The notes under the pieces were generated by a model. That model saw only the letters and a list, made by a program, of their open reading frames with translations. It ran no database searches and was not told where the DNA came from. A DNA stretch of 64,000 nt from Eledone cirrhosa (taxonomy: Eukaryota), in contig OZ024757.1 of NCBI GenBank assembly GCA_964016885.1, positions 42,780,001-42,844,000 on the forward strand. Reading direction: 5' to 3'. Of this stretch, positions 37,115 to 50,824 are shown one piece after another. The stretch's first letter is position 1. Each line of letters opens with the position of its first letter. A program made the position numbers and the translations under genes.

Positions 37115-40100
37115 GCCGGACCGTAGTGCGCATGCGCCAAGGCCGCCGGACCGTAATGCGCATGCGCCAAGGCCGCCGGATCGTAGTGCGCATGCGCCAA
37201 GGCCGACTGACTGTACTGCGCATGTGTCATCGTCGCAGTACCGAACTGCGCATGCGGTAAGGCCGCCGGACCGTACTGCGCATGCGCCAAGGCCGCCGGA
37301 CCGTAGTGCGCAGGCGCCAAGGCCGCCGGACCGTAGTGCGCATGCACCAAGGCCGCCTGAGTGTACTGCGCATGCATCAAGGTCCCAGTACCGTACTGCG
37401 CAAAGGCCGCCGGACAGTAGTGCGCATGCGCCAGAGCCGCCGAACCGTAGTGCGCATGCGCCAAGGCCGCCCGACCGTAGTGCGCATGGGCCAAAGCCGC
37501 CCGACCGTACTGCGCATGCGCTAAGTCCGTAGTACCGTACTGCGCATGCTACAAGGCCGCAGTACCGTACTGCGCATGCGACAAGGCCGCAGTACCGTAG
37601 TGCGCATGCGCCAAGGCCACCGGACCGTAGTGCGCATGAGCCAAGGCCGCCGGACCGTACTGCGCATGCGCCAAGCCCGCCGGACCGTAGTGCGCATGCG
37701 CCAGAGCCGCCGAACCGTGGTGCACATGCGCCAAGCCCGCCGGACCGTAGTGCGCATGCGCCAAGCCCGCCGGACCGTAGTGCGCATGCGCCAAGGCCGC
37801 CTGACTGTACTGCGCATGCGTCAAGGTCCCAGTACCGAACTGCTCATGCGCTAAGGCCACCGGACCGTACTGCGCATGCGCCAAGGCCGCCGGACCTTAG
37901 TGCGCATGCGCCAGAGCCGCCGAACCGTGGTGTGCATGCGCCAAGGCCGCCGGACCATACTGCGCATGCGCCAAAGCCGCCTGACTGTACTGCGCATGCG
38001 CCAAGGCCGCCTGACTGTACTGCGCATGCGACAAGGCCGCCGGACCGTTGTGCGCATGCGCCAAGGCCACCTAAATGTACTGCGCATGGTCGCAGTACCG
38101 AACTGCGCATGCGCCAAGGCCGCCGGACCGTACTGCGAATGCGCCAAGGCCGCCGGACCGTAGTGCGCATGCGCCAAAGCCGCCGAACCGTAGTGCGCAT
38201 GCGCCAAGGCCGCCGGACCATACTGCGCACGCATGCGCCGCGGCCGCAGGACCGTAGTGCGCATGCGCCAAGGCCGCCTGACTGTACTGCGCATGCGGCA
38301 AGACCACAGTACCGAACTGCGCATGCACTAAGGCCGCAGGACCGTAGTGCGCATGCGCCAAGGCCGCCTAACTGTACTGCGCATGCGTCAAGGTCGCAGT
38401 GCCGAACTGCGCATGCGCTAAGGCCGCCGGACCGTACTGCGCATGCGCCAAGGCCGCCGGACCGTAGTGCGCATGCGCCAAAGCCGCCGAACCGTAGTGC
38501 GCATGCGCCAAGGTCGCCGGACCTGACTGCGCATGCGCCGCGGCCGCCGGACCGTACTGCGCATGCCCCAAGGCCGCCTGGTTGTACTGCGCATGCCCCA
38601 AGGCCGCCTGGTTGTACTGCTCATGCCCCAAGGCCGCCCGACCGTAGTGCGCATGCGCCAAGGCCGCCCGACCGTAGTGCGCATGCGTCAAGGTCGCAGT
38701 ACCGAATTGCGCATGCACTAAGGCCGCCGGACCGAACTGCGTATGGGCTAAGGCCGCCGGACCGTACTGCGCATGCGCCAAAGCCGCCGGACCGTAGTGC
38801 GCATGCGTCAAGGTCGCAGTACCGAACTGCGCATGCGCTAAGGCCGCCGGACCGTACTGCGCATGCGCCAAGGCCGCCGGACCGTACTGCGCATGCCCCA
38901 AGGCCGCCAGGTTGTACTGCGCATGCCCAAGGCCTTCCGACCGTAGTGCGCATGCGCCAAAGCCGCCGAACCGTAGTGCGCATGCGCCAAGGCCGCCTAA
39001 CTGTACTGCGCATGCGTCAAGGTCGCAGTACCGAACTGCGCATGCGCCAAGGCCGCCGGACCGTACTGCGAATGCGCCAAGGCCGCCGGACCGTAGTGCG
39101 CATGCGCCGAACCGTAGTGCGCATGCGCCAAGGCCGCCGGACCATACTGCGCAAGCATGCGCCGCGGCCGCAGGACCGTAGTGCGCATGCGCCAAGGCCG
39201 CCGGACCGTAGTGCGCATGCGCCAAGGCCGCCGGACCGTAGTGCGCATGCGCCAAGGCCGCCTGACTGTACTGCGCATGCGTCAAGGCCGCAGTACCGAA
39301 CTGTGTATGGGCTAAGGCCGCCGGACCGTACTGCGCATGCGCCAAGGCCGCCGGACCGTAGTGCGCATGCGCCAAGGCCGCCGGACCATACTGCGCATGC
39401 GCCAAGGCCGCCGGACCGTAGTGCGCATGCACCAAGGCCGCCTGAGTGTACTGCGCATGCATCAAGGTCCCAGTACCGCACTGCGCATGCGCAAAGGCCG
39501 CCGGACAGTAGTGCGCATGCGCCAGAGCCGCCGAACCGTAGTGCGCATGCGCCAAGGCCGCCGGACCGTAGTGCGCATGGGCCAAAGCCGCCCGACCGTA
39601 CTGCGCATGCGCTAAGTCCGTAGTACCGTACTGCGCATGCTACAAGGCCGCAGTACCGTACTGCGCATGCGACAAGGCCGCAGTACCGTAGTGCGCATGC
39701 GCCAAGGCCACCGGACCGTAGTGCGCATGAGCCAAGGCCGCCGGACCGTACTGCGCATGCGCCAAGCCCGCCGGACCGTAGTGCGCATGCGCCAGAGCCG
39801 CCGAACCGTGGTGCACATGCGCCAAGCCCGCCGGACCGTAGTGCGCATGCGCCAAGGCCGCCGGACCATACACCGCATGCGCCAAGGCCGCCGGACCATA
39901 CTCCGCATGCGCCAAGGCCGCCGGACCGTTGTGCGCATGCGCCAAGGCCGCCTGACGACTGCGCATGCGTCAAGGTCGCAATACCGAACTGCGCATGCGC
40001 TAAGGCCGGCGGACCGTAGTGCGCATTCGCCAAGGCCGCCGGACCGTAGTGCGCATTCGCCAAGGCCGCCGGACCGTAGTGCGCATGCGCCAAGGCCGCC

Positions 40101-42699
40101 GGACCGTAGTGCGCATGCGCCAAGGCCGCCTAACTGTACTGCGCATGCGTCAAGGTCGCAGTACCGAACTGCGCATGCGCTAAGGCCGCCGGACCGTACT
40201 GCGCATGCGCCAAGGCCGCCGGACCGTAGTGCGCATGCGCCAAAGCCGCCGAACCGTAGTGCGCATGCGCCAAGGTCGCCGGACCTGACTGCGCATGCGC
40301 CGCGGCCGCCGGACCGTACTGCGCATGCCCCAAGGCCGCCTGGTTGTACTGCGCATGCCCCAAGGCTGCCTGGTTGTACTGCTAATGCCCCAAGGCCGCC
40401 CGACCGTAGTGCGCATGCGCCAAGGCCGCCTGACCGTAGTGCGCATGCGCCAAGGCCGCCGGACCGTAGTGCGCATGCGTCAAGGTCGCAGTACCGAACT
40501 GCGCATGCGCTAAGGCCGCCGGACCGAACTGCGTATGGGCTAAGGCCGCCGGACCGTACTGCGCATGCGCCAAAGCCGCCGGACCGTAGTGCGCATGCGT
40601 CAAGGTCGCAGTACCGAACTGCGCATGCGCTAAGGCCGCCGGACCGTACTGCGCATGCGCCAAGGCCGCCGGACCGTACTGCGCATACCCCAAGGCCGCC
40701 TGGTTGTACTGCGCATGCCCCAAGGCCGCCCGACCGTAGTGCGCATGCGCCAAAGCCGCCGAACCGTAGTGCGCATGCGCCAAGGCCGCCGGACCATACT
40801 GCGCACGCATGCGCCGCGGCCGCAGGACCGTAGTGCGCATGCGCCAAGGCCGCCTGGTTGTACTGCGCATGCGCCAAGGCCGCCGGACCGTAGTGCGCAT
40901 GCGCCAAGGCCGCCTGACTGTACTGCGCATGCGTCAAGGCCGCAGTACCGAACTGCGTATGGGCTAAGGCCGCCGGACCGTACTGCGCATGCGCCAAGGC
41001 CGCCGGACCGTAGTGCGCATGCGCCAAGGCCGCCGGACCATACTGCGCATGCGCCAAGGCCGCCGGACCGTAGTGCGCATGCGCCAAGGCCGCCTAACTG
41101 TACTGCGCATGCGTCAAGGTCGCAGTACCGTACTGCGCATGCGCCAAGGCCGCCGAACCGTACTGCGCATGCGCCAAGGCCGCCGAACCGTACTGCGCAT
41201 GCGCCAAGGCCGCCGAACCGTACTGCGCATGCGCCAAAGCCGCCGAACCGTAGTGCGCATGCGCCAAAGCCGCTGGACCGTAGTGCGCATGCGCCAAGGC
41301 CACTGGACCGTACTGCGCGTGCTCTAAGACCGTCGGACCGCAGTGCGCATGCGCCAAGGCCGCCGAACCGTACTGCGCATGCGCCAAGGCCGCCGAACCG
41401 TACTGCGCATGCGCCAAAGCCGCCGAACCGTAGTGCGCATGCGCCAAAGCCGCTGGACCGTAGTGCGCATGCGCCAAGGCCACTGGACCGTACTGCGCAT
41501 GTACCAAGGCCGCCGTCGTAGTGCGCATGCGCCAAGGCCGCCGGAACTTTGTGCGCATGCGCCAAGGCCGCCGGACCGTAGTGCGCATGCGCCAAGGCCG
41601 CCGGACCATAGTGCGCATGCGCCAAGGCCGCCGGAGCATACTGCGCATGCGCCAAGGCCACCGGACCGTAGTGCGCATGAGCCAAGGCCGCCGGACCGTA
41701 GTGCGCATGCGCCAAGGCCACCGGACCGTAGTGCGCATGAGCCAAGGCCGCCGGACCGTAGTGCGCATGCGCCAGAGCCGCCGAACCGTGGTGCACATGC
41801 GCCAAGCCCGTCGGACCGTAGTGCGCATGCGCCAAGCCCGCCGGACCGTAGTGCGCATGCGCCAAGGCCGCCTGACTGTACTGCGCATGCGTCAAGGTCC
41901 CAGTACCGAACTGCGCATGCGCTAAGGCCACCGGACCGTACTGCGCATGCGCCAAGGCCGCCGGACCGTTGTGCGCATGCGCCAGAGCCGCCGAACCGTG
42001 GTGTGCATGCGCCAAGGCCGCCGGACCATACTGCGCATGCGCCAAAGCCGCCTGACCATACTGCGCATGCGCCAAGGCCGCCGGACCGTAGTGCGCATGC
42101 GTCAAGGCCGCAGTACCGAACTGCGCATGCGCTAAGGCCGCAGTACCGAACTGCGCATGCGCCAAGGCCGCCGGACCGTACTGCGCATGCGCCAAGGACG
42201 CCGGACCGTAGTGCGCATGCGCCAAAGACGCCGGACCGTAGTGCGCATGCGCCAAAGACGCCGAACAGTCGTGCCCATGCGCCAAGACCGCCGGACCGTA
42301 CTGCGCATGCGCCAAGGCCGCTGAACCGTACTGCGCATGCCCCAAAGCCGCCGACCCGTAGTGCGCATGCACCAAGGCCACCGGACCGTACTGCGCATGC
42401 TCTAAGACCGTCGGACCGTAGTGCGCATGCCCCAAGGCCGTCGGACCGTAGTGCGCATGCGCCAAGGCCGCCAGACCGTAGTGCGCATACGCCAAGGCCG
42501 CCGAACCGTACTGCGCATGCGCCAAGGCCGCCGAACCGTACTGCGCATGCGCCAAGGCCGCCGAACCGTACTGCGCATGCGCCAAAGCCGCTGGACCGTA
42601 GTGCGCATGCGCCAAGGCCACTGGACCGTACTGCGCATGTACCAAGGCCGCCGTCGTAGTGCGCATGCGCCAATGCCGCCGGACCTTTGTGCGCATGCG

Positions 42700-43634
42700 G
42701 TACGGTGGCCTTGGCGCATGCGCACTAAGGTCTAACGGCATTGGCGCATGCGCACTACGGTTCGGCGGCTTTGACGCACACGGACTACGTTCCGTCAGAT
42801 TTGGCGCACGCACACTACGGTCCGGCGGTCTTGGCGCATGCGCACTACGGTCCGGCGACCATGCCGCATGCGCACTACGTTCCGGTGGCCTTGGCACATG
42901 CGCAGTACGGTCCGGCGGCTTTTGCGCATGCGCACTACGGTCTGGCAGCCTTGGCGCATGCGCACTACGGTCCAGCGGCCTTGGCGCATGCGCACTACGT
43001 TCCGGTGGCCTTGGCGCATGCGCAGTACGGTCCAGTGGCCTTGGCGCATGCGTAGTAAGGTCCGGCGCCCTTAGCGCATGCGCAGTACGGTCCGGCAGCC
43101 TTGGCGCATGCGCACTAAGGGCCAGCGGTCTTTGCGCATGCGCACAACGGTCCGGTGGTCTTGGCGCATGCGCACTACGGTCCGGCGGCCTTGGCGCATG
43201 CGCACTAAGGTCCGGCGGCTTTGGTGCATGCGCACTACGGTCTGGCATCATTGGCGCATGCGCACTACGGTCCGGCGGCCTTGGCGCATGCGCAGTACGG
43301 CTGGCAACCTTGGCGTATGCGCACTACGGTCTGTCGGCCTTGGCGCATGCGCACTACTGTCCGGCGGCCTTGGCGTATGCGCAGTACGGTCCAGCGGCCT
43401 TGGCGCATGCGCACTACGGTTCGGCGGCCTTGGCGCATGCGCACTACGGTTCGGCGGCCTTGGCACATGCGTACAACGGTCCGGCGGCCTTGGCGCATGC
43501 GCACTACGGTCTGGCAGCATTGGCGCAGGCGCACTAAGGTCTGGCGGCCTTGGCGCATGCGCACTACGGTCCGACGTCCTTGGCGCATGCGCACTACGGT
43601 CCGACGTCCTTGGCGCATGTGCAGTACGGTCCGG
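42700..43634 (-). repeat. Long inverted arm (935 bp)
   Basis: Same junction as 3168. Confidence 0.96.
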
Positions 43635-44236
43635 ATGACTTTTTGGCCATTTTAAGCCTTTATGTTGCCATATTTAGCCATTTTTGAGTCATTTTAGTAA
43701 TTTATGATGCAGTTTTTACCATTTTAGAGCCATTTATAGTCATTTTAGACGTTTCAGTCGTGTTAGAGTCATTCTAGTCAATTATGATACGGTTTTAGCA
43801 TTTTAGTCGTTGATGATGACGTTTTAGTCATTTATGATGCAGTTTCAGCCATTCTGTTGTAATATGGCAACATAAATGATTAAATGGCCCTAAAATGGCT
43901 AAAACAGCATCATATTTGACATAAATGACTCGTAAATGAGTAAAACGGTATCGTAAATGACTAAAATAACTCTAGAAAGGCTACTACAGCATCATAAATG
44001 ATTAAAATGACTCTAAAACGACTAAAACGTCTAAAATGACAAAAATGGCTTTAATATAGCTTAAACTGCATCTTAAATGACTAAAACTACTAAAATGACT
44101 CCGAAATGGCTAAAAAAAAACATCATAAATGGCTAAAATGACACTAAAGTGGCTAAAACGGACTGTTAAATTGCTAAATTGTCTCAAAAATGGCTAAAAC
44201 GTCTTCATAAATAAATAAAATGGCTAAAACGTGGGT
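43635..44236. repeat. AT-rich island 9, type C (602 bp)
   Basis: Type C, with a private T at 43922. Confidence 0.97.
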
Positions 44237-47200
44237 GCCGGACCGTAGTGCGCATGCGACAAGGCCGCCGGACCGTAGTGCGCATGCGCCAAGACCGACT
44301 GACTGTACTGCGCATGTGTCATCGTCGCAGTACCGCACTGCGCATGCGGTAAGGCCGCCGGACCGTACTGCGCATGCGCCAAGGCCGCCGGACCGTAGTG
44401 CGCAGGCGCCAAGGCCGCCGGACCGTAGTGCGCATGCACCAAGGCCGCCTGAGTGTACTGCGCATGCATCAAGGTCCCAGTACCGTACTGCGCATGCGCA
44501 AAGGCCGCCGGACAGTAGTGCGCATGCGCCAGAGCCGCCGAACCGTAGTGCGCATGCGCCAAGGCCGTCGGACCGTAGTGCGCATGGGCCAAAGCCGCCC
44601 GACCGTACTGCGCATGCGCTAAGTCCGTAGTACCGTACTGCGCATGCTACAAGGCCGCAGTACCGTACTGCGCATGCGACAAGGCCGCAGTACCGTAGTG
44701 CGCATGCGCCAAGGCCACCGGACCGTAGTGCGCATGAGCCAAGGCCGCCGGACCGTACTGCGCATGCGCCAAGCCCGCCGGACCGTAGTGCGCATGCGCC
44801 AAGGCCGCCTGACTGTACTGAGCATGCGCCAAGGCCGCCTGACTGTACTGCGCATGCGTCAAGGTCCCAGTACCGAACTGCGCATGCGCTAAGGCCACCG
44901 GACCGTACTGCGCATGCGCCAAGGCCGCCGGACCGTAGTGCGCATGCGCCAGAGCCGCCGAACCCTGGTGTGCATGCGCCAAGGCCGCCGGACCATACTG
45001 CACATGCGCCAAAGCCACCTGACTGTACTGCGCATGTGCCAAGGCCGCCTGACTGTACTGCGCATGCGACAAGGCCGCCAGACCGTAGTGCGCATGCGCC
45101 AAGGCCACCTAACTGTACTGCGCATGCGTCAAGGTCGCAGTACCGAACTGCGCATGCGCCAAGGCCGCCGGACCGTACTGCGCATGCGCCAAGGCCTCCG
45201 GACCGTAGTGCGCATGCGCCAAAGCCGCCGAACCGTAGTGCGCATGCGCCAAGGCCGCCGGACCATACTGCGCACGCATGCGCGCGGCCGCAGGACCGTA
45301 GTGCGCATGCGCCAAGGCCGCCTGGTTGTACTGCGCATGCGCCAAGGCCGCCGGACCGTAGTGCGCATGCGCCAAGGCCGCCTGACTGTACTGCGCATGC
45401 GTCAAGGCCGCAGTACCGAACTGCGTATGGGCTAAGGCCGCCGGACCGTACTGCGCATGCGCCAAGGCCGCCGGACCGTAGTGCGCATGCGCCAAGGCCG
45501 CCGGACCGTAGTGCGCCTGCGCCAAGGCCGCCTAACTGTACTGCGCATGCGTTAAATCGCAGTACCGAACTGCGCATGCGCTAAGGCCGCCGGACCGTAC
45601 TGCGCATGCGCCAAAGCCGCCGGACCGTAGTGCGCATGCGCCAAGGCCGCCGGACCGTAGTGCGCATGCGCCAAGGCCGCCGGACCGTAGTGCGCATGCG
45701 CCAAGGCCGCCTGACTGTACTGCGCATGCGTCAAGGCCGCAGTACCGAACTGCGTATGGGCTAAGGCCGCCGGACCGTACTGCGCATGCGCCAAGGCCGC
45801 CGGACCGTAGTGCGCATGCGCCAAGGCCGCCGGACCGTACTGCGCATGCGCCAAGCCCGCCGGACCGTAGTGCGCATGCGCCAAGGCCGCCTGACTGTAC
45901 TGCGCATGCGCCAAGGCCGCCTGACTGTACTGCGCATGCGTCAAGGTCCCAGTACCGAACTGCGCATGCGCCAAGGCCGCCGGACCGTAGTGCGCATGCG
46001 CCAAGGCCGCCGGACCGTAGTGCGCATGCGCCAGAGCCGCCGAACCCTGGTGTGCATGCGCCAAGGCCGCCGGACCATACTGCACATGCGCCAAAGCCAC
46101 CTGACTGTACTGCGCATGTGCCAAGGCCGCCTGACTGTACTGCGCATGCGACAAGGCCGCCAGACCGTAGTGCGCATGCGCCAAGGCCACCTAACTGTAC
46201 TGCGCATGCGTCAAGGTCGCAGTACCGAACTGCGCATGCGCCAAGGCCGCCGGACCGTACTGCGCATGCGCCAAGGCCGCCGGACCGTAGTGCGCATGCG
46301 CCAAAGCCGCCGAACCGTAGTGCGCATGCGCCAAGGCCGCCGGACCATACTGCGCACGCATGCGCGCGGCCGCAGGACCGTAGTGCGCATGCGCCAAGGC
46401 CGCCTGGTTGTACTGCGCATGCGCCAAGGCCGCCGGACCGTAGTGCGCATGCGCCAAGGCCGCCTGACTGTACTGCGCATGCGTCAAGGCCGCAGTACCG
46501 AACTGCGTATGGGCTAAGGCCGCCGGACCGTACTGCGCATGCGCCAAGGCCGCCGGACCGTAGTGCGCATGCGCCAAGGCCGCCGGACCGTAGTGCGCCT
46601 GCGCCAAGGCCGCCTAACTGTACTGCGCATGCGTTAAATCGCAGTACCGAACTGCGCATGCGCCAAGGCCGCCGGACCGTACTGCGAATGCGCCAAGGCC
46701 GCCGGACCGTAGTGCGCATGCGCCAAAGCCGCCGAACCGTAGTGCGCATGCGCCAAGGCCGCCGGACCATACTGCGCACGCATGCGCCGCGGCCGCAGGA
46801 CCGTAGTGCGCATGCGCCAAGGCCGCCTGGTTGTACTGCGCATGCGCCAAGGCCGCCGGACCGTAGTGCGCATGCGCCAAGGCCGCCTGACTGTACTGCG
46901 CATGCGTCAAGGCCGCAGTACCGAACTGCGTATGGGCTAAGGCCGCCGGACCGTACTGCGCATGCGCCAAGGCCGCCGGACCGTAGTGCGCATGCGCCAA
47001 GGCCGCCGGACCATACTGCGCATGCGCCAAGGCCGCCAGACCGTAGTGCGCATGCGCCAAGGCCGCCTAACTGTACTGCGCATGCGCACTACGGTCCGGC
47101 GGCCTTGGCGCATGCGCTAAGGCCGCCGGACCGTACTGCGCATGCGCCAATGCCGCCGGACCGTAGTGCGCATGCGCCAAAGCCGCCGGACCGTAGTGCG

Positions 47201-49869
47201 CATGCGCCAAGGCCGCCTGGTTGTACTGCGCATGCGCCAAGGCCGCCGGATCGTAGTGCGCATGCGCCAAGGCCGCCTGACTGCACTGCGCATGCGTCAA
47301 GGCCGCAGTACCGAACTGCGTATGGGCTAAGGCCGCCGGACCGTACTGCGCATGCGCCAAGGCCGCCGGACCGTAGTGCGCATGCGTCAAGGTCGCAGTA
47401 CCGAACTGCGCATGCGCTAAGGCCGCCGGACCGTACTGCGCATGCGCCAAGGCCGCCGGACCGTAGTGCGCATGTGCCAAAGCCGCCGAACCGTAGTGCG
47501 CATGCGCCAAGGCCGCCTAACTGTACTGCGCATGCGTCAAGGTCGCAGTACCGAACTGCGCATGCGCCAAGGCCGCCGGACCGTACTGCGAATGCGCCAA
47601 AGCCGCCGAACCGTAGTGCGCATGCGCCAAGGCCGCCGGACCATACTGCGCACGCATGCCGCGGTCGCAGGACCGTAGTGCGCATGCGCCAAGGCCGCCT
47701 GGTTGTACTGCGCATGCGCCAAGGCCGCCGGACCGTAGTGCGCATGCGCCAAGGCCGCCTGACTGTACTGCGCATGCGTCAAGGCCGCAGTACCGAACTG
47801 CGTATGGGCTAAGGCCGCCGGACCGTACTGCGCATGCGCCAAGGCCGCCGGACCGTAGTGCGCATGCGCCAAGGCCGCCGGACCGTAGTGCGCCTGCGCC
47901 AAGGCCGCCTAACTGTACTGCGCATGCGTTAAATCGCAGTACCGAACTGCGCATGCGCCAAGGCCGCCGGACCGTACTGCGAATGCGCCAAGGCCGCCGG
48001 ACCGTAGTGCGCATGCGCCAAAGCCGCCGAACCGTAGTGCGCATGCGCCAAGGCCGCCGGACCATACTGCGCACGCATGCGCCGCGGCCGCAGGACCGTA
48101 GTGCGCATGCGCCAAGGCCGCCTGGTTGTACTGCGCATGCGCCAAGGCCGCCGGACCGTAGTGCGCATGCGCCAAGGCCGCCTGACTGTACTGCGCATGC
48201 GTCAAGGCCGCAGTACCGAACTGCGTATGGGCTAAGGCCGCCGGACCGTACTGCGCATGCGCCAAGGCCGCCGGACCGTAGTGCGCATGCGCCAAGGCCG
48301 CCGGACCATACTGCGCATGCGCCAAGGCCGCCAGACCGTAGTGCGCATGCGCCAAGGCCGCCTAACTGTACTGCGCATGCGCACTACGGTCCGGCGGCCT
48401 TGGCGCATGCGCTAAGGCCGCCGGACCGTACTGCGCATGCGCCAATGCCGCCGGACCGTAGTGCGCATGCGCCAAAGCCGCCGGACCGTAGTGCGCATGC
48501 GCCAAGGCCGCCTGGTTGTACTGCGCATGCGCCAAGGCCGCCGGATCGTAGTGCGCATGCGCCAAGGCCGCCTGACTGCACTGCGCATGCGTCAAGGCCG
48601 CAGTACCGAACTGCGTATGGGCTAAGGCCGCCGGACCGTACTGCGCATGCGCCAAGGCCGCCGGACCGTAGTGCGCATGCGTCAAGGTCGCAGTACCGAA
48701 CTGCGCATGCGCTAAGGCCGCCGGACCGTACTGCGCATGCGCCAAGGCCGCCGGACCGTAGTGCGCATGTGCCAAAGCCGCCGAACCGTAGTGCGCATGC
48801 GCCAAGGCCGCCTAACTGTACTGCGCATGCGTCAAGGTCGCAGTACCGAACTGCGCATGCGCCAAGGCCGCCGGACCGTACTGCGAATGCGCCAAAGCCG
48901 CCGAACCGTAGTGCGCATGCGCCAAGGCCGCCGGACCATACTGCGCACGCATGCCGCGGTCGCAGGACCGTAGTGCGCATGCGCCAAGGCCGCCTGGTTG
49001 TACTGCGCATGCGCCAAGGCCGCCGGACCGTAGTGCGCATGCGCCAAGGCCGCCTGACTGTACTGCGCATGCGTCAAGGCCGCAGTACCGAACTGCGTAT
49101 GGGCTAAGGCCGCCGGACCGTACTGCGCATGCGCCAAGGCCGCCGGACCATACTGCGCATGCGCCAAGGCCGCCGGACCGTAGTGCGCATGCGCCAAGGC
49201 CGCCTAACTGTACTGCGCATGCGTCAAGGTCGCAGTACCGAACTGCGCATGCGCTAAGGCCGCCGGACCGTACTGCGCATGCGCCAAGGCCGCGGGACCG
49301 TAGTGCGCATGCGCCAAAGCCGCCGGACCGTAGTGCGCATGCGCCAAGGCCGCCGGATCGTAGTGCGCATGCGCCAAGGCCGCCTGACTGTACTGCGCAT
49401 GCGTCAAGGCCGCAGTACCGAACTGCGTATGGGCTAAGGCCGCCGGAACGTACTGCGCATGCGCCAAGACCGCCGGACCGTAGTGCGCATGCGTCAAGGT
49501 CGCAGTACCGAACTGCGCTTGCGCTAAGGCCGCCGGACCGTACTGCGCATGCGCCAAGGCCGCCGGACCGTAGTGCTCATGCGCCAAAGCCGCCGAACCG
49601 TAGTGCGCATGCGCCAAGGCCGCCGGACCAGACTGCGCATGCGCCAAGGCCGCCGGACCGTAGTGCGCATGCGCCAAGGCCGCCGGACCGTAGTGCGCAT
49701 GCGCCAAGGCCGCCTGACCGTAGTGCGCATGCGTCAAGGCCGCAGTACCGAACTGCGTATGGGCTAAGGCCGCCGGACCGTACTGCGCATGCGCCAAGGC
49801 CGCCGGACCGTACTGCGCATGCGCCAAGGCCGCCGGACCATACTGCGCATGCGCCAAGGCCGCCGTACA

Positions 49870-50245
49870 GCGCACTACGGTCTGGCATCATTGGCGCATG
49901 CGCACTACGGCCCGGCGGCCTTGGCGCATGCGCAGTACGGCCCGGCAACCTTGGCGTATGCGCACTACGGTCTGTCGGCCTTGGCGCATGCGCACTACTG
50001 TCCGGCGGCCTTGGCGCATGCGCAGTACGGTCCAGCGGCCTTGACGCATGCGCACTACGGTTCGGCGGCCTTGGCGCATGCGTACAACGGTCCGGCGGCC
50101 TTGGCGCATGCGCACTACGGTCTGGCAGCATTGGCGCATGCGCACTACGGTCCGCCGTCCTTGGCGCATGCGCACTACGGTCCGCCGTCCTTGGCGCATG
50201 CGCACTACGGTCCGACGTCCTTGGCGCATGTGCAGTACGGTCCGG
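49870..50245 (-). repeat. Short inverted arm (376 bp)
   Basis: Same junction as 7891. Confidence 0.96.
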
Positions 50246-50824
50246 ATGACTTTTTAGCCATTTTAAGCCTTTATGTTGCCATATTTAGCCATTTTTGAGT
50301 CATTTTAGTAATTTATGATGCAGTTTTTACCATTTTAGAGCCATTTATAGTCATTTTAGACGTTTCAGTCGTGTTAGAGTCATTCTAGTCAATTATGATA
50401 CGGTTTTAGCATTTTAGTCGTTGATGATGACGTTTTAGTCATTTATGATGCAGATTCAGCCATTCTGTTGTAATATGGCAACATAAATGATTAAATGGCC
50501 CTAAAATGGCTAAAACAGCATCATATTTGACAAAAGTGACTCGTAAATGAGTAAAACGGTATCATAAATGACTAAAATAACTCTAGAAAGGCTACTACAG
50601 CATCATAAATGATTAAAATGACTCTAAAACGACTAAAACGTCTAAAATGACAAAAATGGCTTTAATATAGCTTAAACTGCATCTTAAATGACTAAAACTA
50701 CTAAAATGACTCCGAAATGGCTAAAATGACACTAAAGTGGCTAAAACGGACTGTTAAATTGCTAAATTGTCTCTAAAATGGCTAAAACGTCTTCATAAAT
50801 AAATAAAATGGCTAAAACGTGGGT
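50246..50824. repeat. AT-rich island 10, type A (579 bp)
   Basis: Carries the type A diagnostic variants. Confidence 0.97.
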
